Shown one piece after another: positions 19,565 to 29,119 of a DNA stretch of 64,000 nucleotides. The DNA is from Candidatus Omnitrophota bacterium (GTDB lineage Bacteria > Omnitrophota > Gorgyraeia > JAZDFF01), in assembly GCA_043808095.1 (NCBI GenBank), contig JAZDFF010000042.1:137364-201363 (forward strand). The letters run 5' to 3'. Position 1 is the stretch's first letter. Every line of letters starts with the position of its first letter. The position numbers and the translations under genes are program-made. The notes below the pieces were generated by a model. It had not been told where the DNA came from. It ran no database searches and saw only the letters and a program-made list of their open reading frames with translations.

Positions 19565-21478
19565 TTACACATTATCAATAAATCTTTGATGCCATAATTC
19601 TAAAATCAGCAATGACCATAAATGATGCGCGTAGTCAGCCTTACCGGAAATATGGTCATCTATCAATTTAGTAATTTCTTCGGGTTTAAAATACCCCCGC
19701 TTGAGGGATTTATCGGATAAAAGCGTATCTTTCACAAAATTTCTTAATTGCCCTTTAAGCCAAACTCCTATTGGCAAGGCAAATCCCATCTTGTCTCTTT
19801 TTATATTCTCATTTGGAACTAAGTTTTTAAAAGTTTTTCTAAGGATATATTTAGAAGTGAGCATCCGTATCTTCATTCTTGAGGGCAGCCTGGCAGCAAA
19901 CTCCATTAAATGATGGTCCAAAAAAGGCGAGCGGGCTTCAAGCGAATTTGACATCGTTGCGATGTCCATTTTTACTAGAAGGTCATTGGGCAAATAAAGT
20001 GATGTATCCACAAAAAGCGAGGAATCAACAGCATCTAAATGTTCGGCATTTTTAAATTGATCCGTTAAAATATCCGAAGAGTCTATTCCTTGCATTTCGG
20101 AATTTAATTTGTCTGAATAAATTTTTCTCTTAAATTCTTCTGAAAAAACCCCTACCCATCTTTGATAGCGTTTTCCCCGGGTGAGATTACCCGCTTCAAT
20201 AAATCTTCTTATATGGCCAATTTTGCTTTGGCGGCTGACATTGCGAGGAAAAAAAGTTATAAATCTATTAACAATCTGAGTCCTTAAAAAACCTGGGAGT
20301 CGGTAATAATAATCAGCGAGGTAGTTCGCAAGATGATGTTTATAGCCGGCAAAAAGCTCGTCTCCTCCATCACCATTAAGAACTACGGTTACATGGTTTT
20401 GGGTTAATTGAGAAAGGTAAAAAGTGGGAATATTAGATGAATCCGCGAAAGGTTCACCATAATGTTCAATCAGTTTAGGCAGAATTTCAATCGCATTGGG
20501 CTTAACAATAAATTCGTGATGTTTAGTATGAAAATGTTTAGCGATTATCTTTGCATAAGGCAGTTCATTATACCCTTTTTCTTCAAATCCAATAGAAAAC
20601 GTCTCAACCGGCTTAGTTAATAATTGACTCATTAAGGAAACGACGATACTCGAATCCACGCCTCCGCTTAAAAAAGCCCCCAAAGGCACATCGCTAACGA
20701 GACGCATACTTACTGCTTCTTTAAGTAATCTGGCGATTTCCTCGCTTGCCTCTGCTTCCGATATATTTATCTTATTATTAAAATCCAAATTCCAATATTT
20801 CTTGGTTAAGATTTTACCTTTCTCCAATATCAATATATGAGCAGGTAAAAGTTTCTTAATATCTTCAAAAGCCGTCATAGGGGCAGGGACACAAAGATAA
20901 GTCAAATAATAATGGATTGCCTTTAAATCTATTTTTCGTTCAATTAAGGGATTCTGAAGCAGGGAATTAAACTCGGATGCAAAGGTAAATATCCTATTAT
21001 CAGCGAAGGAATAAAGGAGGGGTTTTTTGCCAACCCTGTCGCGAGCCAACATAAGCCTTTGTTGCCTCTCATCCCAAATCGCAAAGGAAAACATACCGCT
21101 TAACTTTTTAACACAATCCTCCCCTTCTTCTTCATATAGATGAATAATTACCTCAATATCAGTATTAGAACAAAACCTATGGCCCAATTTTTCCAAACCT
21201 TTTCTTAATTCTAAAAAATTATAGATCTCTCCATTGCATACTAACCAAATACTTCTATCTTCATTGCACATCGGCTGTCTCCCAGATTCCGACAAATCAA
21301 TTATACTAAGCCTTCTATGGCCCAATGCTACGCTTATTTCATGGGAATTATTACCTTGTTTTATATATACCCCCTCATCGTTTGGCCCGCGATGTTTCAA
21401 AACCGAACACATATTTTTTATTAAAGACTCATCGATACGGAAATTTTTAGTATCGACAATCCCTGCTATACCACACAT
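19565..21478 (-). CDS. asnB: Asparagine synthase (glutamine-hydrolysing) family amidotransferase
   Basis: MCGIAG, HRGP, HRRLSIID, NGEIYN, RDRVGKKPL, LSGGVDSS, GDGGDELFAGY, EARSPFLD. Confidence 0.95.
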   Translation of the reverse strand: MCGIAGIVDTKNFRIDESLIKNMCSVLKHRGPNDEGVYIKQGNNSHEISVALGHRRLSIIDLSESGRQPMCNEDRSIWLVCNGEIYNFLELRKGLEKLGHRFCSNTDIEVIIHLYEEEGEDCVKKLSGMFSFAIWDERQQRLMLARDRVGKKPLLYSFADNRIFTFASEFNSLLQNPLIERKIDLKAIHYYLTYLCVPAPMTAFEDIKKLLPAHILILEKGKILTKKYWNLDFNNKINISEAEASEEIARLLKEAVSMRLVSDVPLGAFLSGGVDSSIVVSLMSQLLTKPVETFSIGFEEKGYNELPYAKIIAKHFHTKHHEFIVKPNAIEILPKLIEHYGEPFADSSNIPTFYLSQLTQNHVTVVLNGDGGDELFAGYKHHLANYLADYYYRLPGFLRTQIVNRFITFFPRNVSRQSKIGHIRRFIEAGNLTRGKRYQRWVGVFSEEFKRKIYSDKLNSEMQGIDSSDILTDQFKNAEHLDAVDSSLFVDTSLYLPNDLLVKMDIATMSNSLEARSPFLDHHLMEFAARLPSRMKIRMLTSKYILRKTFKNLVPNENIKRDKMGFALPIGVWLKGQLRNFVKDTLLSDKSLKRGYFKPEEITKLIDDHISGKADYAHHLWSLLILELWHQRFIDNV

Positions 21479-21548
21479 AATTTGTACCCCTCATTTTTCT
21501 GGATATACCTAAGATTTTGATTACTTCTGCGATGCGGTAGCGTTTCAT
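21447..21548 (-). pseudogene. Truncated MerR/excisionase-type helix-turn-helix gene remnant
   Basis: SD GAGGGAG then ATG; MKRYRIAEVIKILGISRK resembles the start of a MerR/HTH_17 domain (Y.I.EV.K.LGIS.K). After codon 18 it runs into the asnB SD (GAGGGGT) and stops at codon 34 inside asnB. Confidence 0.55.
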
Positions 21549-21688
21549 AGCGTTATTTCTCCCTCAATGTCCTTATCACCCAACCAACTATTAATTGTTT
21601 CGTATTCATCTGCCACTTCTTCCTCACATCTTCTTTATAATGCTATTTTAGCTTACTCTTATATAGATTGCACGGGTCATAAATAAAG

Positions 21689-23224
21689 TTATATCCTATA
21701 AAATAACTCCACACGTATATACATCCATTTCAAACGGATACGCCGAATGATTGACTTAATAGTTTTATAGACAAGGAGTAAAACAGTAAAAAAGATTATA
21801 GACACCAGACGTATCCATTTTTGATTGCATAAAGACTGGTTAAGTTGCTGACAAAACAAAGAAAAGTCTCTCAGGTTAAACCCAAACCCAAATTGCGTTA
21901 CTTTGAAATATGTTATATCACGATAATTCGCGTAGGAAAGTAAGCGGTCTATATAAGAACGCATAAAAAATAGTTTCGAGATTTTTTCTAAGTCGGTTCG
22001 TTTCAATTCAGGATTTTCATATACAGGAACATCGACCTCTGTACAAAAACCTCTTTTCCATATTCCTTTTTCAAGCCAATTGAAGTTTAGGGGCAATACA
22101 CCATTCTGGATTGCATAGGTATATAACTGTGTTCCTGGAAAAATGTCTGTGGGTTTAAAAGAAACAAGGTCAGCCCGTAGTTCCAACGCAAATCGATAGG
22201 TTTCTTCCAATGTTTGTAGCGTTTCAGTAGGATGACCCAGCATAAAAAGGGTTACTATCTGCTCAAAGCCACATTTTCGTGCAAGTTGTATTGCCTGCTT
22301 AACATCATCTCGATTGATATTCTTATGAATATATGCAAGTATCCGTTCATTACCTGACTCCACGCCAAAGGATATTTTATAGCAGCCAGCCTTACGCATC
22401 ATCTTAAAAACCTCGCTATCGACATGATCAACCCGACCCTGACACTCCCAGCGTATCTTTAATTTGCGCCGTAAAATTTCTTCGCATACGGCAAGAACCC
22501 ATTTCTTGTTTCCGGTAAAATAATCATCCCGAAAACGAATTGTTTTTTTTCCATAATCCTTGGTTAAATGCTCCGCCCAATCAACAAGCCGTTGAGGTAG
22601 AATATACCGAATTTTTTTCTGCCAAAACGCAGGGCTGTTACAGAATATACATCCTTCCCAGCATCCCCTCGTCCCCATCAAGGCATATTCGGGATACTCT
22701 GCTATCGGTAACAGATGCCACGCTGGTTCGGGTAGAATATTAATATCTTGAAGCAAGGGACGGGTTGGGTTTAAGACTATATTGCCATTCTTACGGTAGG
22801 CGATACCGGAAATATCTTCAAGGTTCTTCTTCTTTTCAAGATATTGCAGAAGTTCACCCATAGTAATTTCCCCTTCTCCTACGACCGCCACATCAAAGGC
22901 GGAAATGCCTCGTAGGGTTTCTTGGGCAGTAAAGGTTATATGCGGACCTCCTGCGACAACAAAAGCACTTAATGATTTAGCAATCCTGGCAATTTCAAAT
23001 GCCACGTGGCGGTTGGCGGTTAAAAAGGATATGCCAACCATATCCGGACTTTTTTTCTCAAGGAGTGCACGGATATACGACATATCAACCGCAAGCATAT
23101 CAAAATCATAGAGTGTTACGTCCACCTTATTGGAGGAGATAAAAGAGGCGATATGCGCAAGACCTAAAGATGGCTCGCATGTAGCACACTCCATAGGGGG
23201 ATTGATTAAAACGACTTTAATAAT
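21689..23224 (-). CDS. B12-binding domain radical SAM enzyme (#3); probable ATT start at 23221/23224
   Basis: In-frame upstream extension I-I-KVVLINPP-MECATCEPSLGLAHIAS; GGPH, GEGE, RGCWEGCIFC, GVESG, FPGT. Confidence 0.9.
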   Translation of the reverse strand: MIKVVLINPPMECATCEPSLGLAHIASFISSNKVDVTLYDFDMLAVDMSYIRALLEKKSPDMVGISFLTANRHVAFEIARIAKSLSAFVVAGGPHITFTAQETLRGISAFDVAVVGEGEITMGELLQYLEKKKNLEDISGIAYRKNGNIVLNPTRPLLQDINILPEPAWHLLPIAEYPEYALMGTRGCWEGCIFCNSPAFWQKKIRYILPQRLVDWAEHLTKDYGKKTIRFRDDYFTGNKKWVLAVCEEILRRKLKIRWECQGRVDHVDSEVFKMMRKAGCYKISFGVESGNERILAYIHKNINRDDVKQAIQLARKCGFEQIVTLFMLGHPTETLQTLEETYRFALELRADLVSFKPTDIFPGTQLYTYAIQNGVLPLNFNWLEKGIWKRGFCTEVDVPVYENPELKRTDLEKISKLFFMRSYIDRLLSYANYRDITYFKVTQFGFGFNLRDFSLFCQQLNQSLCNQKWIRLVSIIFFTVLLLVYKTIKSIIRRIRLKWMYIRVELFYRI

Positions 23225-23230
23225 GATGAC

Positions 23231-23240
23231 CCTCCCCTCT
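23231..23240 (-). promoter_or_regulatory. Strong Shine-Dalgarno for rSAM #3
   Basis: Minus strand AGAGGGGAGG, 6-9 nt upstream of the in-frame ATT codons. Confidence 0.6.
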
Positions 23241-23331
23241 TTAGTGAACTAATTGTTTAGAGAAAATTTCTGTCTTTCGTACTCAAAAGGATATATTCAG
23301 GTATTCAGTGATTTGCCACCGGGTATGTCAT

Positions 23332-23709
23332 TTACGTTGATTTGTGCATGGATTTAGTATAGGTCTTTCTCATTAAATTAATTATTACCTTCAAATAACT
23401 TAAACCGTATTTAAAGATGCTGAACTTTGATTTACCCATACCGGCGGCTCTTTCTGCCCATAATACCGGAACCTCTTTAATCTTATACCCAAATATTATC
23501 GGCAGAATCCCGGTCTCGGCATTCATGGCAAAATCTTCACTCTGATAAGGCAGATCTTCGAAAAGATTTCTTTTATAAAGCTTAAAATTATTGGATAAAT
23601 TCCTGCATTTTATATTAAACATAATTCTGATTATTAAATGAAAGAGCCTGTTCATAATTTTTTTAGAAATCGGGTAACCGATTAAAATAATCCTACAAGT
23701 ATCAACCAT
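23332..23709 (-). pseudogene. Dpm1-like GT2 fragment (C-terminal half only)
   Basis: MVDTCRIIL|IGYPISKKIMNRLFH...NLSNNFKLY...FAMNAETG...EVPVLWAER..GMGKSKF matches the GT2 C-terminal half; no IIPxYNE, DDGS or DxD motifs; ATG at 23709 overlaps the upstream gene's stop. Confidence 0.7.
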
Positions 23710-24568
23710 CTTCGGAAACCTTTTTTGCAATAATGTGAATCGCGGGATAAATACTAAGCTTAACCAGCACAAAAGAAAGTAATCTACTCATTCCAATTTT
23801 TTTAAATAATGATAAAACCGTTCTCTTAGATTCCGTCTCAACCGATTCTGGATGTAATATTTTTCCAATAATATAATCTATATTTGTATCTCTTATTTCT
23901 TTAAAACCAATCTTGTCAAATCTCCTAAAGATATCCCGGCGCGAAATAAAATTTAAATCGCTTAGGCCTTCAGTAGGAAACCCTCTAATTTTGAGATAAA
24001 TCCTGATTATACCCTTGGGCAAAAACAAAGGCAGAAAAATCCTGTAATGTCCTTCAAAAGGAAAAATATTATTAGGCAATTCACAATAAAGATACCCTCC
24101 CTTTTTTAATACCCTGAATATTTCGGATATAACTTTGTTTATTTCTTTTGTATGTTCGAGCGAGTTAAAAGAAGTCACCAAATCAAAGGTATTATCTTTA
24201 AACGGCAAATCCTCGCCCAAACCCTGCAAAAAAGCTGCTCTCAAATCTTTATATTGAGAAGCCTCTTTGCTGGAAACCTTTATGGCATAAAAGTTCGGAT
24301 CAATACCAACCGTATTAGCCTCCTTTAGCGAAAATGATAGTGCCTTACCCCCAGAACCGCTACCTACATCTAGGATTTTCTTATCCTCAAGACTACCAAT
24401 ATAGTTCTCTATTTTTTTACAAAGCCCATCCCAATTATCAGCTAATAAATCTGAACATAGGCTTTCATAATCAATAGAATATTTCTCTTTATTTGAGAGA
24501 AAATTTCTGTTTTGCATTTCAATATATTTTTTTAAATCATCTTTATTAAAAAGGTTCTCTTTATTCAT
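23702..24568 (-). CDS. Class I SAM-dependent methyltransferase
   Basis: ILDVGSGSG, GID, LPFKDNTFDLV, LEH, RVLKKGG, PN..FPFEGHY. Confidence 0.9.
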   Translation of the reverse strand: MNKENLFNKDDLKKYIEMQNRNFLSNKEKYSIDYESLCSDLLADNWDGLCKKIENYIGSLEDKKILDVGSGSGGKALSFSLKEANTVGIDPNFYAIKVSSKEASQYKDLRAAFLQGLGEDLPFKDNTFDLVTSFNSLEHTKEINKVISEIFRVLKKGGYLYCELPNNIFPFEGHYRIFLPLFLPKGIIRIYLKIRGFPTEGLSDLNFISRRDIFRRFDKIGFKEIRDTNIDYIIGKILHPESVETESKRTVLSLFKKIGMSRLLSFVLVKLSIYPAIHIIAKKVSEDG

Positions 24569-24580
24569 GACTATTATTTT

Positions 24581-25882
24581 TTAAAGCCGGGCGACCTCGG
24601 CCCTATCCATGATGAAGTGCTTTACTACCATAAAAATAATACACACTACCACAGCCAGCTCAGATAAAATCGTAGAAATACACGCTCCTAAATGAGCGAA
24701 AACAGGAATCAGGGCTAAATTTAAAGAAATATTTATAATAACGCCCATAATACAACTGATATAAATTATTTTGTAAGCGCCTAATGCTAAGATAAAGTAT
24801 TCTAAAAATGGCCTTAAGAAAATCGGCAGAAGACAAAAACTTAGAAGTTTTACTGCCATAATAGAATTAAAGAATTCTTTTCCTAAAAGGGATTGAACAA
24901 AAAATCCAGAACAAAAAAACAAAATCAAAACTATTGGAATTGCTGCCATGGAAAGCACCAGATTTGATGCAGTAAAAATTGATACAAGATTATCCTTTGA
25001 ATTTTTATAAAAACGAGAGATAACCGGGAAGGCGGCTACCCCAAAAGTTACAGGGATAACAGCTATCGGTTCAATAAGCCTGCTGGCTCCGGCAAACCAA
25101 CCGGTAATAACGTCATTGGTCATTTTTGACAACATGATCGTATCTATTTTGAAGGTCAATAGAGGAAAAAGAGTCAAAAATGCTATCGGAATACTGCTTT
25201 TAAATATGCTGACTATGAATTTGGCGTCAAGGCTAAACTCGAATTTTATAAATTTGACCCAAGTCAATACTGAATTTAAGACTAAGATTATCACGCTCGT
25301 CAAAAGGAAAATAAGCGAAATCGATAAAATGTCCATTTTTAAAAAAAGCTTAAGACATAAAATCAACAAAAATTTTAGTAAGCCTTCGCAAATTACGCTG
25401 ATAGCGGAATAATTAAATTTTTCAAACAGATTAAATGTTGATTTAAACGATGCGGAGTAAGAATCTAAGATATAAGAAAGCCCCAGAACTAAAATAGAAA
25501 CGAAAATAATCTTTTGTTTTTCAACAAATATGGCGGTTAATATGGCAGCAGAATAAAGAAGCAGTGCAAGAATTAATTTTAATGTCAGAATGTTGTTTAG
25601 ATAATTACGCGTCTTATCTTTAGTCTGCCCGGCCGCTTCTTTTATCATTAAATTACTCATCCCAAAATCAATAAAATATATAAAAATGGCTGCAAAGGAT
25701 ACGGCATAAGAAAGTTTCCCAAAACTTTCCACTCCGACGCCACGGGCAATAATTATAAATGTAACAAAAGAAATTAATTTATAACCAAACTGTGCCAAAA
25801 CAAGGACAGAAAAATTCTTAGTAATTCCTTGTTGAGTTATTTCTTTTACCCCTGAATACAGAATATTTTTATTAATTACCAT
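24581..25882 (-). CDS. wzx: Wzx flippase
   Basis: KNFSVL, ARGVGVESFG, DFGM, KIDTIMLS, FPVISR, NLALIPVFAHLGA...SE; multi-TM. Confidence 0.9.
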   Translation of the reverse strand: MVINKNILYSGVKEITQQGITKNFSVLVLAQFGYKLISFVTFIIIARGVGVESFGKLSYAVSFAAIFIYFIDFGMSNLMIKEAAGQTKDKTRNYLNNILTLKLILALLLYSAAILTAIFVEKQKIIFVSILVLGLSYILDSYSASFKSTFNLFEKFNYSAISVICEGLLKFLLILCLKLFLKMDILSISLIFLLTSVIILVLNSVLTWVKFIKFEFSLDAKFIVSIFKSSIPIAFLTLFPLLTFKIDTIMLSKMTNDVITGWFAGASRLIEPIAVIPVTFGVAAFPVISRFYKNSKDNLVSIFTASNLVLSMAAIPIVLILFFCSGFFVQSLLGKEFFNSIMAVKLLSFCLLPIFLRPFLEYFILALGAYKIIYISCIMGVIINISLNLALIPVFAHLGACISTILSELAVVVCIIFMVVKHFIMDRAEVARL

Positions 25883-25887
25883 TTAGG

Positions 25888-27117
25888 TCATTTAGTATTT
25901 TTTTCTAATAATTTTTCCTCAATAGCCTTAGCCAAAAAATCATTTCCCAAAGGAGTAAAATGGACAAAGTCGTAAAATAGTTTTGTATTTTTATCAAAAA
26001 CATTCATAAATTCAGTGGATAAATCTAAATAAGGGATACCATAAACCTGGCACATACCAGCTAGTATAGACATTAGTCTATTGTGCTTATAGATGTTTGC
26101 ATAATTAGGATAAGTCATTTTTTCTTCATATACCTGCCTCGGAGGAGCCTTTTTTATGATCTCTCTTATCTCCTGAAGTGAAATATTTTTGTTATAAAGT
26201 CTTTTATCAGGATAATCGAGAATTTGGCAAACAAAGATTAAGGGCACATTGCTTTTTTTACATAAATCGACAATACTCAGAATGTTTTCTTTGAATTCTT
26301 TTAAATAGTTATCATCATAAAATAACATCGGAATAGGGCTGTTATCTTTCAGAACGCTATATTTCTCAATCGCTAATGTATAAAGCATCGAGGTCCTATA
26401 ATATAAAATTTTATGTATTGCTTTAAAGATTGAGGAAATCTTATTTTCCTGCATATGGCTATACATTTTTGTATCATTGAATCCGGCATATATAATGAAC
26501 AGGTCCGGAAGATAATTTATTAATTCATAGCGCATAAGATTCTTGTAGTTCATACTAGAATATCCGATTATGCCGCTGTTAATGACTTCAAATGAACCAA
26601 TCTTAGCCTTATTTAAATAATAGCCCAACCTATCAGGCCAAGTCTGCCCATCAGGAGACTCAATGCCAAATGTGCTTGATTCCCCCACGCAGAAAATTCT
26701 AGTTTTTCTGTGTTTATTGAGCGGGTCGAAATCATTGCCTCTGAAACCGAGGCAGTTTATTGTAAATTTTCCATATTTGTATTGTGAAGACGAAGGATAA
26801 ACTCCAGGCGTAAATTTAAAATACCAGTCTTTGCCGTGATACCAATTGGAGCTTCTGCCATCAAGCGGCTTTCCTTTTGAGTAACGGGGATCCTCATTGA
26901 AATGCTCAGTAATAAGACTGTATATTACGGGCTCTTTTTTTGCCGCTATGTCATTGCCCTTAGCAAAGAATGGGGAAGTCAGATAATAAGTATCATGACT
27001 TGCGCGATATAATTTTATCCGACAAACTGCTTCTCCCAAAAAAAGCAAAGTTACAAGAGGAATCAGTGAAAAAAATATTTTCTTCGTAATTCCTATTTTA
27101 TCTAAGTGTGAAGACAC
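25888..27117 (-). CDS. Membrane-anchored SGNH/GDSL hydrolase family protein
   Basis: N-terminal TM, INCLGFRG, VGESSTFG, INSG..GYSS, GFND, DFVHFTPLGN. Confidence 0.8.
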   Translation of the reverse strand: MSSHLDKIGITKKIFFSLIPLVTLLFLGEAVCRIKLYRASHDTYYLTSPFFAKGNDIAAKKEPVIYSLITEHFNEDPRYSKGKPLDGRSSNWYHGKDWYFKFTPGVYPSSSQYKYGKFTINCLGFRGNDFDPLNKHRKTRIFCVGESSTFGIESPDGQTWPDRLGYYLNKAKIGSFEVINSGIIGYSSMNYKNLMRYELINYLPDLFIIYAGFNDTKMYSHMQENKISSIFKAIHKILYYRTSMLYTLAIEKYSVLKDNSPIPMLFYDDNYLKEFKENILSIVDLCKKSNVPLIFVCQILDYPDKRLYNKNISLQEIREIIKKAPPRQVYEEKMTYPNYANIYKHNRLMSILAGMCQVYGIPYLDLSTEFMNVFDKNTKLFYDFVHFTPLGNDFLAKAIEEKLLEKNTK

Positions 27118-27136
27118 GGATATTTCATCCTTTACT

Positions 27137-28210
27137 CTAAACTACGTTAAGAATACTTAAGATTTTAGGGGCATTGATTTTAAGCGAGTATCTCTCTTGG
27201 GCAGTTTGCCTTCCTGCTGCCCCTATCTTTTGTCTTAAATTCTGATTTTCAATTAGCATAGAGAGCTTATTAAACCAATCTTCATCTGTGCGTGCTAGAA
27301 AACCATCAATTCCATCGCTTATTATATCTTTATTGCTCCCTAAATCTGAGACTACGCAAGGTATCCCTACTGACATATATTGAATAGTCTTAAATCCGGT
27401 TTTACCTTTAATCCATTCGTTTTCTATTAAAGGATAAATCCCGATATCCAAATTTTGGAAGTTTTGTACATCGTTATCTAAATTCCATTCAACATTTTCA
27501 ATATTCACTTTGGGAATTTCTATTTTTGCGCCTGCGCCAATTATTCTTAGTATAAAGTCATGTTTCTTCGCTAGTTCAGTAAAAACGCTTTTTATTTGCC
27601 CCAGGTAAATAGCCGTAGAATGACTTCCAATCCACCCAATAACTATTTTTTTATTATTCGGCTTATCGCAGCTTGGAACAAACCTCTCTGTATTTATTGA
27701 AGTATGAATAACAAAAATTTTATTCTCATCTATGAACTGCCGGGCATAATTCTTTAGATAGGAATTGCACGCAATTACGCACTCACTCAGTCTGATGATC
27801 TTCGGGATCTTTGAAGGGCATTTAAGAAAACTGAATATACGGTTTGCGGAGCTGGAGTTTCTCATATAAATCGCATCATCTAAATCAAAAATTATTTTTT
27901 TCCCGCACCATGCCCAAAAATATTCAATCAATGGAGGCCCGAAGGGAAAAGCCTCCAGGTGAATAAATATAATATCATAACCCAGGGCCCTGAAGATGTC
28001 ACTGAGTCTCTTGGTGCAACATATAGAAAAATACAATAGCTTTTTGATGTATCGGTTCTTTTTATATAAAATTTTATAAAACCCCGGGCAAATAAAAGGC
28101 CTAAGAGTGCATTTAACTCCCCTCTCTTCTAAATATGGCAAAAATTGTTCTACGCGATATCGTGTGCTGGCGCCTTCTCTAGGATAAGGAACTATAAATA
28201 AAACCTTCAT
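27137..28210 (-). CDS. Glycosyltransferase family 4
   Basis: ASTRYRV.Q, FDLDDAIY, IGWIGSHST, DIGIYPL, KTGFKTIQYMSVGIP. Confidence 0.9.
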   Translation of the reverse strand: MKVLFIVPYPREGASTRYRVEQFLPYLEERGVKCTLRPFICPGFYKILYKKNRYIKKLLYFSICCTKRLSDIFRALGYDIIFIHLEAFPFGPPLIEYFWAWCGKKIIFDLDDAIYMRNSSSANRIFSFLKCPSKIPKIIRLSECVIACNSYLKNYARQFIDENKIFVIHTSINTERFVPSCDKPNNKKIVIGWIGSHSTAIYLGQIKSVFTELAKKHDFILRIIGAGAKIEIPKVNIENVEWNLDNDVQNFQNLDIGIYPLIENEWIKGKTGFKTIQYMSVGIPCVVSDLGSNKDIISDGIDGFLARTDEDWFNKLSMLIENQNLRQKIGAAGRQTAQERYSLKINAPKILSILNVV

Positions 28211-29106
28211 GTCGTTCTTAGTAATTCCGGAGAATTTTTAACAATATTAACGTATTCCCCTAGCGCTACTTGCCAGGGGCGCATAGTGTTCATGCCTAAC
28301 AAGTTTAATTTATAATTATCAATGGCTTCCATATCAGGCCTTGGTGCACGCAAAGGAAATGCGTCTGACGTAACAGGTTTTACGGCCACTTCCTCCCTGT
28401 CCATAAATTTCACTATCATCTTTGCTATATCATATCGCGAACAATTTCCTTTGTTTGCCATATGATATAAACCATATTTTTTAGTTAATACCAGGGGAAT
28501 CATGCAGTTGGAAAAATCATCCGTAAAAGTGGGGCTGCCGATCTTATCAGTCACGGCCAGAATCTCATTTTTAGTCTGCAATTGGTTAATGATCTTGAGA
28601 ACAAATTTCTTATCTTTTTGTATTCCGCCGATCATCCATCCCGCACGCAGTATAAAATATTTTTTTAAAAGTCCCTCAACGATTTTCTCGCCTTCTAATT
28701 TCGTCTTGGCGTAGAAATTTAAAGGATTAGGTTGATCAAACTCAATATACGGCTCTCTTTTCTTACCATCAAATACGGCGGCGGTACTTATGTAAACCAT
28801 GGTAATATCACTTTCAGCGCAACATCTGGAAATATTTTCCGTACCCCTAGCGTTGGTACTACTTGCATGCTCATGCTCGGTTTCACACCTATCAACATCT
28901 GTAGCTGCAGCCAGATGGAATACAATTTCAGGCTTAAATTCCTTAAACGCTGACTTTACCGCATCAGGATCCCTGATGTCTAAAAAGGCCCGGTCTTCAT
29001 TTATGCTCAAAATATCCGTCGCTAAAATCCTAAATTTTAGTCTTGACAACTCCAAACACAATGAACTACCTAACATCCCATTTGCCCCGGTAACCAGTGC
29101 TTTCAT
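28207..29106 (-). CDS. rfbD: dTDP-4-dehydrorhamnose reductase (RmlD family)
   Basis: LVTGANGMLG, HLAAATDVDRCE, YIST..VFDG, PNPLNFYAKTK, D.IGSPT, APRP. Confidence 0.88.
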   Translation of the reverse strand: MKALVTGANGMLGSSLCLELSRLKFRILATDILSINEDRAFLDIRDPDAVKSAFKEFKPEIVFHLAAATDVDRCETEHEHASSTNARGTENISRCCAESDITMVYISTAAVFDGKKREPYIEFDQPNPLNFYAKTKLEGEKIVEGLLKKYFILRAGWMIGGIQKDKKFVLKIINQLQTKNEILAVTDKIGSPTFTDDFSNCMIPLVLTKKYGLYHMANKGNCSRYDIAKMIVKFMDREEVAVKPVTSDAFPLRAPRPDMEAIDNYKLNLLGMNTMRPWQVALGEYVNIVKNSPELLRTT

Positions 29107-29119
29107 GTAAATACCTTTT

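Noticed and set aside
21534-21543. GCGGTAGCGT resembling the RfaH ops element
   Set aside because: On the plus strand, the wrong orientation for minus-strand transcription; explained by the codons of the HTH remnant
23710-23772. ORF-track N-terminal extension (MCWLSL...) of the GT2 fragment
   Set aside because: Overlaps the methyltransferase coding end; the ATG at 23709 coupled to its stop is more plausible
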